Shown in pieces: positions 12,079 through 26,410 of a stretch of 64,000 nucleotides of DNA. Under the pieces are notes generated by a model that was given only the letters and a program-made list of their open reading frames with translations, was not told the DNA's origin and made no database searches. A program made the translations under genes and the position numbers. Source of the DNA: Ptychomitrium polyphyllum (taxonomy: Eukaryota); contig OZ316776.1 of the NCBI GenBank assembly GCA_973851085.1, positions 15,500,001 through 15,564,000 of the forward strand. Direction: 5' to 3'. The first letter of the stretch is position 1, and the number at the start of each line of letters is the position of its first letter.

Positions 12079-13979
12079 TAGAAGTAAACATACCTTCTTT
12101 GAAGATAATTTTCTTTATTCAAAAAAATTCTACTCCAACAATTGAGCCAACAATGGTTTTTTTTTTTTTTAATTTAAGAAGGTTCTATAGACTTCAAAAA
12201 AAATAAAATTTAATGTAAGAAGCAGATTGTTTTGGACATCTTTGAATTTTGACTTGGAAATAGTAACAATGATATTGGAAAAGTTACAAAAGAATTTCAA
12301 TAAATTTTTTTCTTTATATTGTGGCATTTAGAAGTTGTTTTGCTCAATATTAAAATTTTCCTTCTTATTGAAACTTGTCTTCCTCTTTACTTCTCCTAAA
12401 CTTAGAATGTTATTGTAAAAGAGAGGTTTTTCAAAAAAAAACCTATATTAATGGAATTTTAAATCATCAACTTATTAATTTCAAAAGCTATTTTGAACCT
12501 TTGTCCTATAATTGTCTTATCATCATAGCTATGAGATCTTAAATTTGACTTTACACTCTAACAAAAATCTCCACATATTTTTTATTTATTTTTCATGCAA
12601 ACATTCCAAAATACACAAAGAAAAAACTTAACAAAATACAATGAAGAAAAAAAATTAAAGTATAGTTTGTATATAATAAGCATTGAAGTTTATATTTACT
12701 TGTGGTTGTAAAAAAATTATAATTTTTTCTTTACAAGCTTTCTTTTAAATATTTAATCCCAAATGTGCAAAAGTTATGAAGACTAAAAATCCTAGTTTTT
12801 TTTTCTTAAATTAATTGCTAAAATTATTTATATATTTGTTTTTATGCTCTTAGTTGTTTAAAGAAAAAGACGTCCAATAATTCAAAATCCATATCCAATA
12901 AAGGTTTGTGCAACCTTGACTTTCCGCAAGGATAAATGCAAATCACCATATCTATAATGGAACACCACATAAGCTACCACAATTTCCTAAATGAATAATA
13001 AGAGTCATTTGAATTAATCCAAGGATATGCAGTGCATGGAGATAGAAGTGCAAGAATGGTGCTCTTTAGAACCCACATGCATTAAGATTAAGTAGTTGGA
13101 AATATATTTTGTTTTTTTTTTAAAATTTTTTTTTGAAGAAAAACATAAATATCTTTTAATATGGAGCAAAAATTGATGTACATTGTAGAAGAGGTAATAT
13201 ACAATTTAAAAAAGTGCTCTAATGATAAAGCCATATATGTTTCTATTATGGCACAAAATAGCATATGCACCATATTCCACAACGCATTGAAACAATGTGA
13301 TAAAAAATTCATAAAATTAATTTAGACCCAAAATTTATAGCGTCTTTAGAATGGTTTTAATTTAAAGGGAAGATGGAAACTTTGTTCTTGTTCTTGTCTA
13401 TTCCACCCAATGTTCTAGACTTGCAATTTTCTTAATTTTATCCACTATGCAAATTTTTGCTTCATATAGACATGTATAATATATTAGGCTTAGTAAAATA
13501 CATACTAACAAATTAGAAAAGGAATTCAAAGTATATGTCTATAAGAGATTATTAGAGTATTTGAGAACTAGAATTACATATACATTTTCTATTCAAAGTC
13601 AATATGAGTTTTTAATTGAAGTAGAGAAAAGATCTTGAGGAGATTGTATAAAAGTACAAGAAGATTATTGGTAACAATTTTGTAGATGTAGAATAATATA
13701 ATTTATTTGATCAGGCATTTAATGGAAACTATAATTCTAATAATAAGAGGTTCAAATTTGATAACCAATAAAAAAAAGAACTATGTGATGAAACCATAAA
13801 ACTTATAATCAATCATTTTTATTTTATATTGATAAATTTTTATAACATTATAGCATGGAATTTAGTAGAATGGAAGGAATTTGGAATAAAAAAATAATTG
13901 ATTCTTTGTTAAAGGTGCATATTTCCTTCTTATTGAAGTTATTGAATGCATTGAAGAATTTTAATATGAAGCGGATATT

Positions 13980-14459
13980 TGTTAGGGACACAAAAAACAA
14001 GAAGCAAAAATGAAGTATTTTCCAAGTATTAGCTTCGAAAGAGCTAATGATTAACAAGAACTTGATATAAAGACTAGAACAAGGCAAGAATGTTCTAGAA
14101 GTCTGGGGAACCTTCTCAAGAAGTTTTCTAAGAGTTTGGAACCTTCCTAAGAAGCTTCCAAGGAATTGGAACCTTCCATGGAAGTTTCCTAAGATGTTGG
14201 AACTTTCCTTGGAAATTTCTTAAGATGTTGGAACCCTCATTGGAAGTTTCTTAAAATATTGGAACCTTCTTTGGAAGTTTCCTAAAGAAATAGAACCTTC
14301 TTAGGAAGTTTCCAAAGGTAGAGGAACTTTTCTAGGAAGCTTCTTAAAAACATGGAAAGGCTATGTAGCCATTTAAAAGTATTTTAAGAAGGTACTATAA
14401 TATACCAAAAAGTTCTAGAATGTTCTAAGGACTATGTTGTATGATTTATGTCCGTAACA
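13980..14459 (-). mobile_element. Solo LTR (480 bp) with an internal ~120-bp deletion
   Basis: The minus strand reads TGTTACGGACATAAATCATACAACATAGTCCTTAGAACATTCTAGAAC...GTGTCCCTAACA, matching the other LTRs. Flanks ATATT/GCATT are a possible degenerate TSD. Confidence 0.9.
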
Positions 14460-16778
14460 GCATTTATAGAAGTAAATAGTTTAACCAAAAGAATGTAGTT
14501 TGTTATGGAAAAATTCTTGAACAACAATATTGTTTGAAGTTCTAGAATTGGATCAAGTGAACCAACAACAAATCCTTTGGAAGGGTAGAGTAGGAAGTAA
14601 TTATTACCTTGTGTTAAGCTTTTGGACATGTTGTAATGTAATTTTACCTTCTATGGTAGCAAACTATGAAAAGCCAAATTATTATTATGTTTCATTACAA
14701 ATATATGTATGAATTTCATATTAAATCTCCTAATAGAACTATTTGCTAGAGACATATAAAATAATTTTTCAATTGAATAGAATAGTATGATATATAAGAT
14801 TCTTGGATTTCAAGACTAGGATTCATGAAATAATGGTTAATAGGAAAAGCAAAAAGACTTATGGGGAAATTTAAAGAATTCTATATATGCAAATAAAACA
14901 TGTTTAATATGACACGTTCAATATAGCAACCATATGCACATATTTATCCCTTCCTTGACAAATATTTATACATTTTTTAAAACCAGAATGAAATCAATAT
15001 AAAATCCTTTGAAAATTTTCCTTGCAATTTTTTTGTATTGTGTTGAAACCTGATTCCTCAAAATCTGGGCATTTATTTTTAGAATTAAAATTTCAATAAA
15101 AATCTACATGCTTTGTGGCTACTGTAGCTGCTGACATGATTTTTTTTTAAAATTACATTTCTTCATGAGAGGTCTATAGGAAAATCATGTCTTATCTCCA
15201 AAAATCTAACTGTATCAAGTTAGCTAACGGTTTTAACATTTTAGATCTTCAAAATGAGCTCCCTACACAACAGCAGAGCAGGACTCACACCCCCACGATG
15301 AACAGTGACTAGAAACAAATATGCATCACTTGTGCCTGGTATGATATCCTGACCCTCTGTCTTGATTCTGTCGGATGGGATAGTTCTTCAACAGTGATTT
15401 GATGTACCTTTCTGATCAATCAATTATGGTAATTGGGTGCAAGGGAATCTTTGTGAATCAATTTCATATTTGTGATACTTCACAAAATTTAGATCTGATG
15501 TTTTAAACTGTTTACAAAGGTGAGACTTGAGAGTGGTGTATTAGAATAAAAATTAGTGTTGCTTTCTGGCACTCAGTACATTTTAGTATTGGAGCATATG
15601 CTAGCGCTCTCTCAAATGAATGATTCCATCAGTCTAAGGTACGATTTCATTATCAAAAGTCTTAATCCAAATTAAATTCTTACCTTCATACATTCACTCA
15701 CACACGCCTTTACAATCATTTATTGACAATCTTCCACTTTTTCAAGTGAGGGTGAGTTTCTTCAATTGCTAGAGAATGCTAGAGTCTATCACCACTTGTG
15801 TTTGGTGATAGCTTTGTACAAATTGCAAATTCAATAACTCTTACTTGAAACATGCTAGCGGGAAGGCTGCAAACAGGAAAGTGCAAGCTTGGAATGTCTG
15901 CAAAAGACAGGTTCAATTTCATATTTAATTTCTTGAGTATGGTATTCATGTTATGCCTGTGTTGTGTCATTCAAAGATAAGAATGATTGACTACTTATGT
16001 TCACTGTGAACAAGGCTGCAGGAAACCAACCTGTCAGTATACCATATGTAATAGATGCTTGGTTGGAACTTGAAACTTGGAACTTGGGAAGAGAAGACAA
16101 AATCCAAAAGCTCCAACAACACTACTGCATCTTTCCAGCTACTGGCAAAGTGAATTGAAAAAGGGTCGATGTCAGTTTATCCAATGAGATCTACCCTGAC
16201 TACATGTGCAGAACCTTACATGCACATGGCAGTGAACAGGTGCCGTATAGGACGTGATTCATGACCAAGTTAAGTTAGCTTCTGCTATTGCCTGGTTGAC
16301 ATGGAGAAGATTACATACCAATGAGACCATCCATCTGTCCTCCCTTGTTTTGTAGGTTCAACACAAATTGGTTTCTCACTTGTTAGTGCCTTGTAAACTG
16401 ATTGCAATAAGAGGACATGAATAGCATCTCACCCTTTCTTATCCAAGATTAACTTGCATAACTGTATAGCTGAAGCATTTGTAGCATTGTCACAGAAAAG
16501 ATGGACACGCCCACTTTACATTGTGAGCTGAACATCTAACTGCTCAACATGAATCAAGGATACAGGAGATTCTGGATACTCATGAAAGAATCTCAGAACC
16601 AAAAATTATGACAGCCCACTGGTTGCTAACAGTCTGCTGCTCTGTCCGTATACCAACAGACTCCAGTTACACTTATCATCAGTAATTACCTTGAATGACA
16701 AATTAGCCTTATCAACAAAAACCGTCTCAGCAAGGTATCTCAAAAGTCTAACAAATATTTGTAATGTACACTGTTTGC

Positions 16779-18860
16779 TCACACAACCATTACTGAACTG
16801 TGCCCAGCTTCTTCCTCTGGAGGATCCAACTTAGAGTGATCTTCAAAGTGCTTCTGATGAATCCTCTGTGAATATCCACCACCTAGCTCCACGAGCTCAC
16901 AATCTACAGGTACAACCCTATTGTTTAGCTTCACAAAGTCCAAAGTTCCTGATAGAATCTTTGCCCTGTAAGCCTCACCGGCCCAGTCGGTTCGAAGCAC
17001 TACAAACAAAACTGAGGCAGCACAAGCAATCTGTGCAGCCAGAAGTCCATACCATAGGCCCTCAAATCCAAGCTTGTACCAAAATGCTGATGCCACGGCT
17101 ACTGGTGTACCAACAAAGTAAAACGACCCCAGATTAATCCTTGCCCCAACCGCAGGTCTAGCACTTCCTCGAAGCACTCCGACTCCAATTGTTTGAGGAC
17201 AGTTCCCAAGTTCACATACTCCCACTAATGGCATAACTGCAGCTGTTAAGGCCAGCACGCTCTTATCATCCGTAAAAACATGACCCCATGTGTTGCGCAG
17301 TGCTATAGTCCATGTCAAGCTCACCATACCAAATATCAAAGCACAACCAAGAGCCACTAAAGCAGCCATTCGGGCTCCAGTTGGCCTACCTGCTCCAAGC
17401 TCATTGCCAACACGAGTAGATACGGAAGCGCTAAGTGCATGGGGAAAAGCATACATGAGTGAGGTTGTCTGAATCAAAATTCCTGTCGTTGCAACCGCCA
17501 CCTGTGGATCAGGTAAATAACCTGCAAGGATTGTGATGATCTCATACCACCACCATTCCAAGCAGACACCCAGGCAGCTTGGCAGAGCTAAGCCTAGCAG
17601 AGGCCACCATCCTTGGAAACAGTTAAATGACCAGGGAACCCATGTGTCTTTCAATGCCCCCGAGTACCATAAATACCCGAGAATGAAAAACACCATGTTG
17701 AAGTTGGTCCATACTGCTGCTATTGCAACCCCAGGTACACCCAACTCTAGCACAAACACGAGCAAGATGTTCAGTGGGACATGGATCACCACCGCAGCAG
17801 CCGAGCACCAGAGCATTGGAGTGGCCAACCCCTGTGATTTCAAACAGATTCTGAGGGGCTGTAAGAAGCTGTTTGCCAAAAGGTCAGGCAGTGAGTACAA
17901 ACAATACATGCTGGCCACCATGGTGATGCTGGGATTCTGACCCAGAGCAAGCAATATCCTCTCCAAGTTTATCCATAGCAAGCTGATTGGCAAGCAAGAG
18001 GTCAGGAGAATCAAAATGGTTCTTTGGAGAGTTAGCCCTATCTTTGTCCAGTTACCGAATCCATAAGCTTGGCCGCACACAGGATCCATTCCTGAGGCGA
18101 GGCCATTTAGAACTGCATACCCTGTGATGTTGGTAAAGCCTATGGAGAGAGCTCCCCCTGCCAGTTGCAGGCCGCCTAACCGGCCCAAGCAGAGGACCGA
18201 GACCATCGCCCGGAGGTACACCACGCCGTTGAGGGCAGCCATAGGCCCTGCAATTCTCATCAGTTTTCTCAGTTCTTCCATAATCTGCACATGGCATCAT
18301 AATTGAAAAAGTATAAGCAGTCGTATATTATAACAGAGTTGAAGGATACTGTAACCAGAGACATGAAGGAAAGTATCCAATTGGGGGCAACACCAAGGAA
18401 TACTACTAGTGCAGAGTCGGTTCCCATTTGCCGCGTTCAGGCTCAAAAAACAACGTGTGCCCAAGTTAATGATCATTACAAATATAATGCCGTGATACTG
18501 AAGAATCGTTACTAGAGCCAAGTGGAATAGGACAGATTGCTGACAACATATGCTTTCTCTTAGCTCTGTCTGAGGACACAAGCATCTTCCTTGCTAAGTA
18601 CGGTAGAGCACAGGTGAAGCTGAAGGAAGAGGCAGAAGCCGAACCTGAGAAAGATGGGGACATTGTTGGAGAGGCTTAGCTTGACCACTCATCCTTGAAT
18701 CAGCCTCTTGCCGTCCTGTGATACAGAAGGGATCGGCTTCTTGACACTGGTCGCTGTCCAATTCATCGTCGCAAGAAGGAACGGTGATGACCTCTATCGG
18801 GAATTGCAGGGGGATACTTATGAGGCAGGAACACTCTTCAATCAAGCCAACTTGACACAT
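16779..18860 (-). CDS. MATE/DTX efflux transporter, BIGE1/DTX54-like clade, ~573 aa; exons 18860-18645 and 18284-16779
   Basis: Motifs [51 protein letters not shown] and ARINLGSFY are present. Exon 1 (MCQVG...CPHLSQ, donor CAG|GTTCGG) splices in phase 0 to GTGCAG|ATTATGGAA, giving [13 protein letters not shown], which fits the usual MATE N-terminal P-x-x-S-x-x-x-E-E-L pattern. The clade call is from recalled sequence similarity. Confidence 0.93.
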
Positions 18861-21800
18861 CCTAACCAATTAATTCAAAGTCTGCGGCCAGACAAAATAG
18901 AGTTGCTACTCGATCTCCTCAGCCAGCCTTGTACAAACTTGAGAGTAGCTCTTCGAGCAATCAGTCGAAATAAGAAGGCAGTGTTCAAAATTGACTATTA
19001 AACTGGCCTAGATCTAGTTCGCTTTAAACCCCAGCTGAGAATACAAATATGCGGGCTGATTTCGACCGAGAAATCATAACAGGAATGCGTGGAGAATGTG
19101 AATGGGGGTCCTCCAATTCTGCTCATTCTTATAGTGAGAGAACCGAGTGGAATAATGAAAGGCAATGAGAGGTTGGAGAGGCGTGGAGAAACCTCCCATG
19201 TTTGGTTGCGAATGGGAAGTTGGTTGGGTCTGTAGAATTAGAATTGGCGAAGAGTCTGAAGTAACAGCCAATTTCCTTGGTTCCATAAGCCACAAGGCTT
19301 ACACTTCACATCGTTCTAACCAACCGCTAAAATGTATGCCTAGAATGACCTGACAGTGACTATTGATCGAAGTTTCACTACTTTTACAGTATCCTAGCTT
19401 TCTTGGAAAGGTTGATTCTTGTAGCATGTCAACAGCAAGTAGATTCGCTGGACACCAGATACTACAGCATCAAGCACTAGAAGTGAACTAAATCTGCAAT
19501 TGGTAATGGAAAAAGTGCTCATTCCTGATAATATAGTACAAAGTACTGTTTCAACTTTGATCAGGAACTGGAACCAACTAATGTGCTACGACCACTAACA
19601 CTGCGTCTCCTGCTCCCCTGAACCAATTTTCCAATATATTGACATCAATTTCGGCAACGTGCTAGCAATTTATGAAGCAGGAGCTGAAGTTTCATCAATT
19701 TCAGCAACAAAACAGAAACAGGGGACACTTCCGACCTTCAACCTCAACCCACCCGGTCACTCAATGGTCATACAGCAGTACTAACTACCCTCCAAGTCTA
19801 GAGAATTGCATTCCAGAGATCAAACAATAAGAAGCGATCAATAGAAGGCGAGGAGTCTAGTATTAATCAGGTGTGGACAGGAGAGATGCAGAGCAAACTC
19901 CGAGGATGCAGTACATAATAGAGGTTCCCTGGGGGCTAAAAGGAGAAAAGAAGGGCGCAGAAGGTGGGTTAGCGGCGTGGAGAAGCAGGCTGGCTTGTCA
20001 AATCTTTGGCACAAGCTACGGTGCGTGATCACACCAAGTTAGTTCCCAGCAGCATCTTCTAGACTGGTTCTCTCTCTTTCTCTATTCATCACAAATATTT
20101 CATACATGTAATCTTGGATCATGTAAAGAAGGGTAGAGTAAGCACCCCTCTGGAGAGCAACTGAGGTTCCCTCTGGCCATTACTATCTCTGAGTATATTT
20201 ACACTGCAAGGGCTGCCTTCGTGATTAATCACTGTGGCATCCCATGTAACTTGTTTCGCTGGTAAACCAATAATTTTCTCTATACCACCGAAAAATCACC
20301 TACTAGTGTTCAGGATAATATACACGTATTTTTGCTATTACTGCAAGTGACACTAATTAAGAATACACTAATTTCAATACTTTGAGCTTTACAAGATGGA
20401 CATTAGCTTAATCGGATGAATTCTATTTTCTATTATTCTTCTTCATCTTTTCTTATTTTTCCTTTACAAAGCTAATAACATTATTCCAATGTACAAATAG
20501 TTTACAATTCTATTATAAACACAAATATTATAGCCTAAAAGCATCTCTGCACCAAACTCCTTTAATCACCTATTTTGAACTTGATTTTGGATGGATTCTT
20601 AAAAGAAACTATGGAAGAGAGGGATCAAAGAGTAGTTGATAACCCCACTTTAAAGACTCTATTTTTTTCTTTATCATTGTTTGATTCAAATTAATACAAT
20701 GTATAGACTAAATCATGTGCCTTCTAAGGGAAACTCATGCATTTCATTAAATTATCAATGTAAATGTAATGAGGTCAAACTTATATTGCACATGTGCTTA
20801 ATTTCATATGTTTGCAAGATGCAATTTCTACATTTTATATAAATAAATATGTATTGTACATTGTAATTATATGTAATTATCTAAATAAGAAACAAGTAAG
20901 TATGTTTAGTACTCATCAATGTATACAAGTTAAAACAAATTTAGGAGTATTGCAAATAATCAAAATTCATAATTCTTAGACCTTTGAACTATATTATACT
21001 CATTGGGTTCATTATAGGTCACATATTATATGTTGCAACAAGAAATTTGCTGTAAAATATAACTTAATGAAATCAATTATAAATATAATAAAATAAACCT
21101 ACTTTCAAGTACTTTTTTACTTTCAAAGTATCCATTCCACCAATAGAAATAAGTAAAGGTAGATATTGTTAAGTATTACTTGCTAGAAACATAAGCATAA
21201 TTATATATTTTACTATAGCTTATTGTTTAAGTGAATATTTTTTGTTGCAACTTTAATAGGCTTATCTTTCTTGATGTTCATCATATTTAACATATAGTTA
21301 ATTCCAACATTAAAACCTCGGTGTATTTTTACTATGATTTATTGTCAAATTTTAATAATTTTTTATTATGATGTTTTTTAAATATTGGAGTGAAGCCTTT
21401 GAATTTTGAATTTTTGTTTAAAGTGAAACCTTTCTCCAATGGAAAAATTCTTACTTTTAATAATTTCTAGTAATTTCTCTAAACAAATATCTATAAAATT
21501 TTAATATAATATCAATTATAAAATACTATTGTAGCTCCTAAGCTATTTTGTTATTTGAGAAGGAAGGACAAAAAAGAACGACGGATCATGTTGATTCTAG
21601 AAATTTCAATCTTTTTTTTTAAATTCAAAATTCAAAATATAAAACAAGAAACAAAACTTTTTCTAAGATTTTGGATTGCCTTACTTCAAAATTAAGAAGT
21701 CAAGAACTTTTTTGTAATTATACCCTGAAATAGCCTATGAACTATGGAATAGGTACAAAGTTTCTAGGTGTCGTTCATTGATTGTATGCCAACATTGTAC

Positions 21801-24800
21801 CACATGTATGTCACCAATGCAATAGACTTTTGAATTGCTGATGCTCAAAATTAGTGTCCATGATACTAATAGGTGACTTTTGTACATCACATGTGAAGCC
21901 AGTCAAGCTGGTCCTCCAAGAAGCTTGTAACTCCTCATCTAGAGTATGAGTTATATATAGTTCTGCAAGTAGGTCAGAAGCTGTAATTGGTGATTGACTA
22001 TACCAAGCGATCCTCTGTTGGTCTCCTTGTACTCAAGCATGAGTTGGTTGAATGTTGCAAGCTTGTCTAGTAATATGTTCCGTGTCACCAGCACAGTTTG
22101 TGGAGCCCTGTAGTATGGCTAAGGATTGGCTGCAATCTTTAAGCTTTTGCACTTGATTTGTGAAGTTCATGTTCTATGGGGACAATCCTTAGTTGGTGGA
22201 GACACGTTTATGTTACACCACAGTCTGTACCCAGCACAACAGTTTAGTTAACAAGGGGTCGAATATAATGATGACAACACATCACCTTTTCTCAGTTACA
22301 AGTACCATACATTGTAACACCATGGCTGCTACCATGCACATCTAACACCTAACAATGTTATTGTAATGCAAAACTAAGACCGGACATTCTACCCAGGTAA
22401 GCAGATCCATATCCAACACTCTAAGCTAAGCATTGTGCCTATTTATTGATTTGTAGAAATCTTCTTAATCAATTATGATTTGTGCAAACCAGCAATAGAC
22501 CAATCTATCAACCACCAAAATAACAAAAAAGTAACCACTATTTAATACATGTAAAATCATCTAGATGTTAATAAATCCATTGACAAAAATCGTTAGATAA
22601 TAAATCCATACCTACTACATGATTTTCTTCAAAATCTAATTTAAATTTACCTTCTTTTCCATTATCATAGCTTTATGAGTTCATTTGCATCCACTTTTTA
22701 GCTATGAAAAAACAAATTTCTCATTCGTTTTTCACCCTCTTTCATCTGTAGTGGTTATTGAACATATACTTAATGATTATCATTTTCTATAATTGGTTAT
22801 TGTGAGAAAAATGTGGAGATGGACATGCTAACCTTAGTTATGAATCATCCATATAATGATCCACACAGTCTCAAAGAATTTGCCATATTTACATGATGTA
22901 GTAATTTATTAGTATTGAAAATAATATAGCTAAAAAATAAGCATAATATGGCAAAACATTCTTTGATTAAACAACCTTGCACTATGATGAATATTACTAA
23001 AATAACACTTCATTTCTTCTAAGTGCAAGACTTTATTAAACATTATCTACACCAAAATATCTGGCTTAAATGTTCTGTTAAAATAATATTATAGGATCGT
23101 ATGGTTATAGCAATAGTATGAAATCATGTGACTAAAGAATGTTATAAAACTTAGCAAGAAAACAAATAAGGCAAATGGAATATAAGAATAATAATATTAA
23201 ATATCACACGTATAAAAATATCAATATACCATAAAAATTAATGTTATTTATGAAGACATCTACAATTTAACATAAAATGTGCTGCCACTAAAGAGAAACC
23301 GCTATAAGCCATTTAAATGAAATTATGTAATTACACATCTGATGAAATTTATACTTACAAAAGCACGTCACACTGACAAAAGGAAAAAAAAAAAAAAACA
23401 AACAACCAATATGGATAGAACCACTACAGATATTGATCTTTTTTTAATTCATAAATTTATAAAATCAATATAAAATTGAAATAATCATTGATTAATGTTT
23501 CTTTTGAAATGAAGGTAATAGGGTAGCATGCATTATTTGGACCTCGGTTGCCAATTTCATAATATTATTCCACTACATTTTCTTGACAAACAGTTGGTTT
23601 TAATTCTATTAACTTTCTTTCAAGCAATTACATTGATTTGGATGATAAGCTTTAAATCAAGACAATTTGCAATATTTTTTACATTGTGATAATAATAGCT
23701 TGTAGTGTAATCAATACAAAAAATTCATGGAAAACAGTATGTTAAATTATATATTTTGACAGTCACACATACATCACAAATCCAAAATCAGGCCAGTGTA
23801 CGAAACAAGCTTTATCAAAATTGTTATGCAATGACAAAATTACTCAAACTTTGAAGTATGTAGCAAGAAATGAGATGAACAATTGAGTTGAATTACATGT
23901 CAATCTAATATGACATAGTTAGAAGATGACATAATTCAAAATAATATGACATGTAATTTCACATAATGAGTATAACAATTTGACATGTGATTATTTTAAC
24001 ATGTAATAACAAAATTAGAAGTGATAAGTGTTATTCTCACTATGTGAAAAAATTTTAAAAAAATGACTTAGACTAAAGGCATACTAAAGACTCTACAATT
24101 GATAAAATAAACAAGAGGTTTTAGATTTTATAAACAATTTGTCAATGCTAAAATTGAATGATTGCTTTAGCACCCAACTTCTATTTTGATTGAGATTTTT
24201 CTTAAGTTGATGAATGTATTTATTTATTATTAAAAGAAAATCCTTTCTCAAATGTTTGAATCACCTTGCAAAAAATGATATATGTTAATATCCACCTCAA
24301 AATAAAAAGGAAATGGTAGGTGATTGAAGAGATATTTTTCTTTTCAAAAGTCTTATTTTCTAAAGAAAATTCATGGCTTATTAACTACATTCATTTTGTT
24401 TTTGATTTACAAAAGCCTTCTTTGAATTTATTTTAGTAGTCATATTTGAATATTTAGTGAAATAGTGTTTATTTTCCTTTAGAAGAAGTCCTTTACAAAA
24501 ACCAATGATTTCCCTTCTATGTTTGTAGGCTTTTTTAAAAAAAAGAATATAATTATCTCAACATTCTTTGGCTTTAAAAAACTGATCATTTGTGCTAAAG
24601 ATAAATAAATCCAATAAAATTAGAAGTGAAAAACATAAAATGTTTAAAATACTTATATATAAAAATAAACCTTCAAATTTGGTAAAGTGTTTGATTTTAA
24701 ACAAATATTTAAAACTCAAGTTTCTAAATCTTAAATATTGGATGAAGAAATTTTTATTCAAACTAGATGTATATAATGAAAGTGGAATTATTCTTCATCT

Positions 24801-26332
24801 TATTTATAAGGAAAAATTAGTCCAAAGTATGGATGTTTTAGGTAAAAGATAATTCATGGAAGAAAATAAGAAAATATTAAAATAATGTTTTGGTAAAAAA
24901 GACTTCTCTTATAGACAAGATGTTAGATCACTATCTCAAAAGCACTTCTAGAAAGCTAAAGGAGAGAAAAATTTCTTGTAATAATTGTTGTCTTGTAGGT
25001 GGCCAATTCATTTTTTCATCCATCTTCAAGTTTCTTCTTAAATAGGCAAGAGGGACAAAAATAAAACCTTATAAGATAATTCAAAAGTTCAACCAACTGA
25101 AAATTTCTAGAAATAGAAAAAATATCCTCCTATGGGTGATGGGAGAAAGTGTAAAGAGGCCCTAAAAATGCACTGATACAAAGCATTCAACAGAGGTTGG
25201 TGCAAATGTGAGGTATTCAGAATTAGGCCTTGCTGGAGTCAGAAACTCATATATATTCCAAAGGTGTAACTGAAGTACGGAGTGAATGAATTTGCGGACT
25301 TGCTGCCTTCTTTGGAAAATGAGCCAAAAGTTTCTCCTGCAAAGGTTGATGAGCATCCATGTTTCAGTCCACAATGTCAACCTTTGCTTAGCAATGACCT
25401 ACGCCATCCCTTTTCCGGAAAACGGTTGAAAAACCTTTAACAAGTGTTTGATAGTATGGATTTCCATCTCCAGCTTTTGCCTTCATTTTGCAATGGACAA
25501 GGAAAATACCTGTATTGGTTGTAGACCAGCATGAATGAGAAAATTAAGTTCATCCATTGCTTTTCCAGAGCAAGCAAGGCTTGGACTCTTTAGACTACTA
25601 TTGGAGCTTTAGCTTGTAAGCATTTCCTAGAAGTATACACACGTCCTGGTTGTAAAGGTCGGTTAACCCCATGAATAGTGCTATTTAAGATGTGTTTTTA
25701 TATACCAATCTAACCCAACTTTTGTGAATGACAGTATGCACCAAGGTAATTTAAGTTTTATTGTTTTTAGGGCAATGTGAAGTTGGGTGTCCACATACAA
25801 ACACACTCTCTTTATAAACTGTCTATATTCAAAGTATACAATACAACAAAAGAAATGATTGTATCATTTATCAAGTACTAATAAACTTGTATGACCCAGT
25901 AAGAGCCTATTGCAAAATGCAACAGCAATCAAACTTGTCAAAGAACTATGCCATCAATTGGGAAACAGCATGTGGAAAGAAAAATTAAATGCAATGCTTA
26001 AAAGACAGAGCTCAAGGTGGATGAATATTTTCTTGAGTGAATACCTGAAACTTCTGCAATGGAATGAGAACCTGCCAATATTTACTTATGTCATGGTTAC
26101 CAAGTTTAATGGAATTTTTTTGTATTAAGATGAAGAATCTATCATGAGTGAACCATTCTTTTGTCATGTTTCATGTGTTTTATGTTCTCTCAACTCAACT
26201 ATACACAAGTACAGAACAATGAACATAACAAGAAAACACTAAGGTACTATAAAACATTCTATACTTTGTTAATCAAGATTTATGCATAAATTTATACTGT
26301 TAAAATATGATTTGTTTTATAAACATCAGACA

Positions 26333-26410
26333 TTGCATCTTAAATAAAAAAATTTGCATCTTAAATAAAAAAATTTGCATCTTAAATAAAAAAAATTGCA
26401 TCTTAAATAA
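26333..26410. repeat. Minisatellite, four copies of a 21-22-bp unit
   Basis: (ttgcatcttaaataaaaaaat)x~4, read directly. Confidence 0.9.

Noticed and set aside
22115..22195. CTAAGGATTG/CAATCCTTAG inverted repeat as a miRNA precursor
   Set aside because: Only about 10 perfect pairs with poor extension, and no match to conserved miRNAs I recall.
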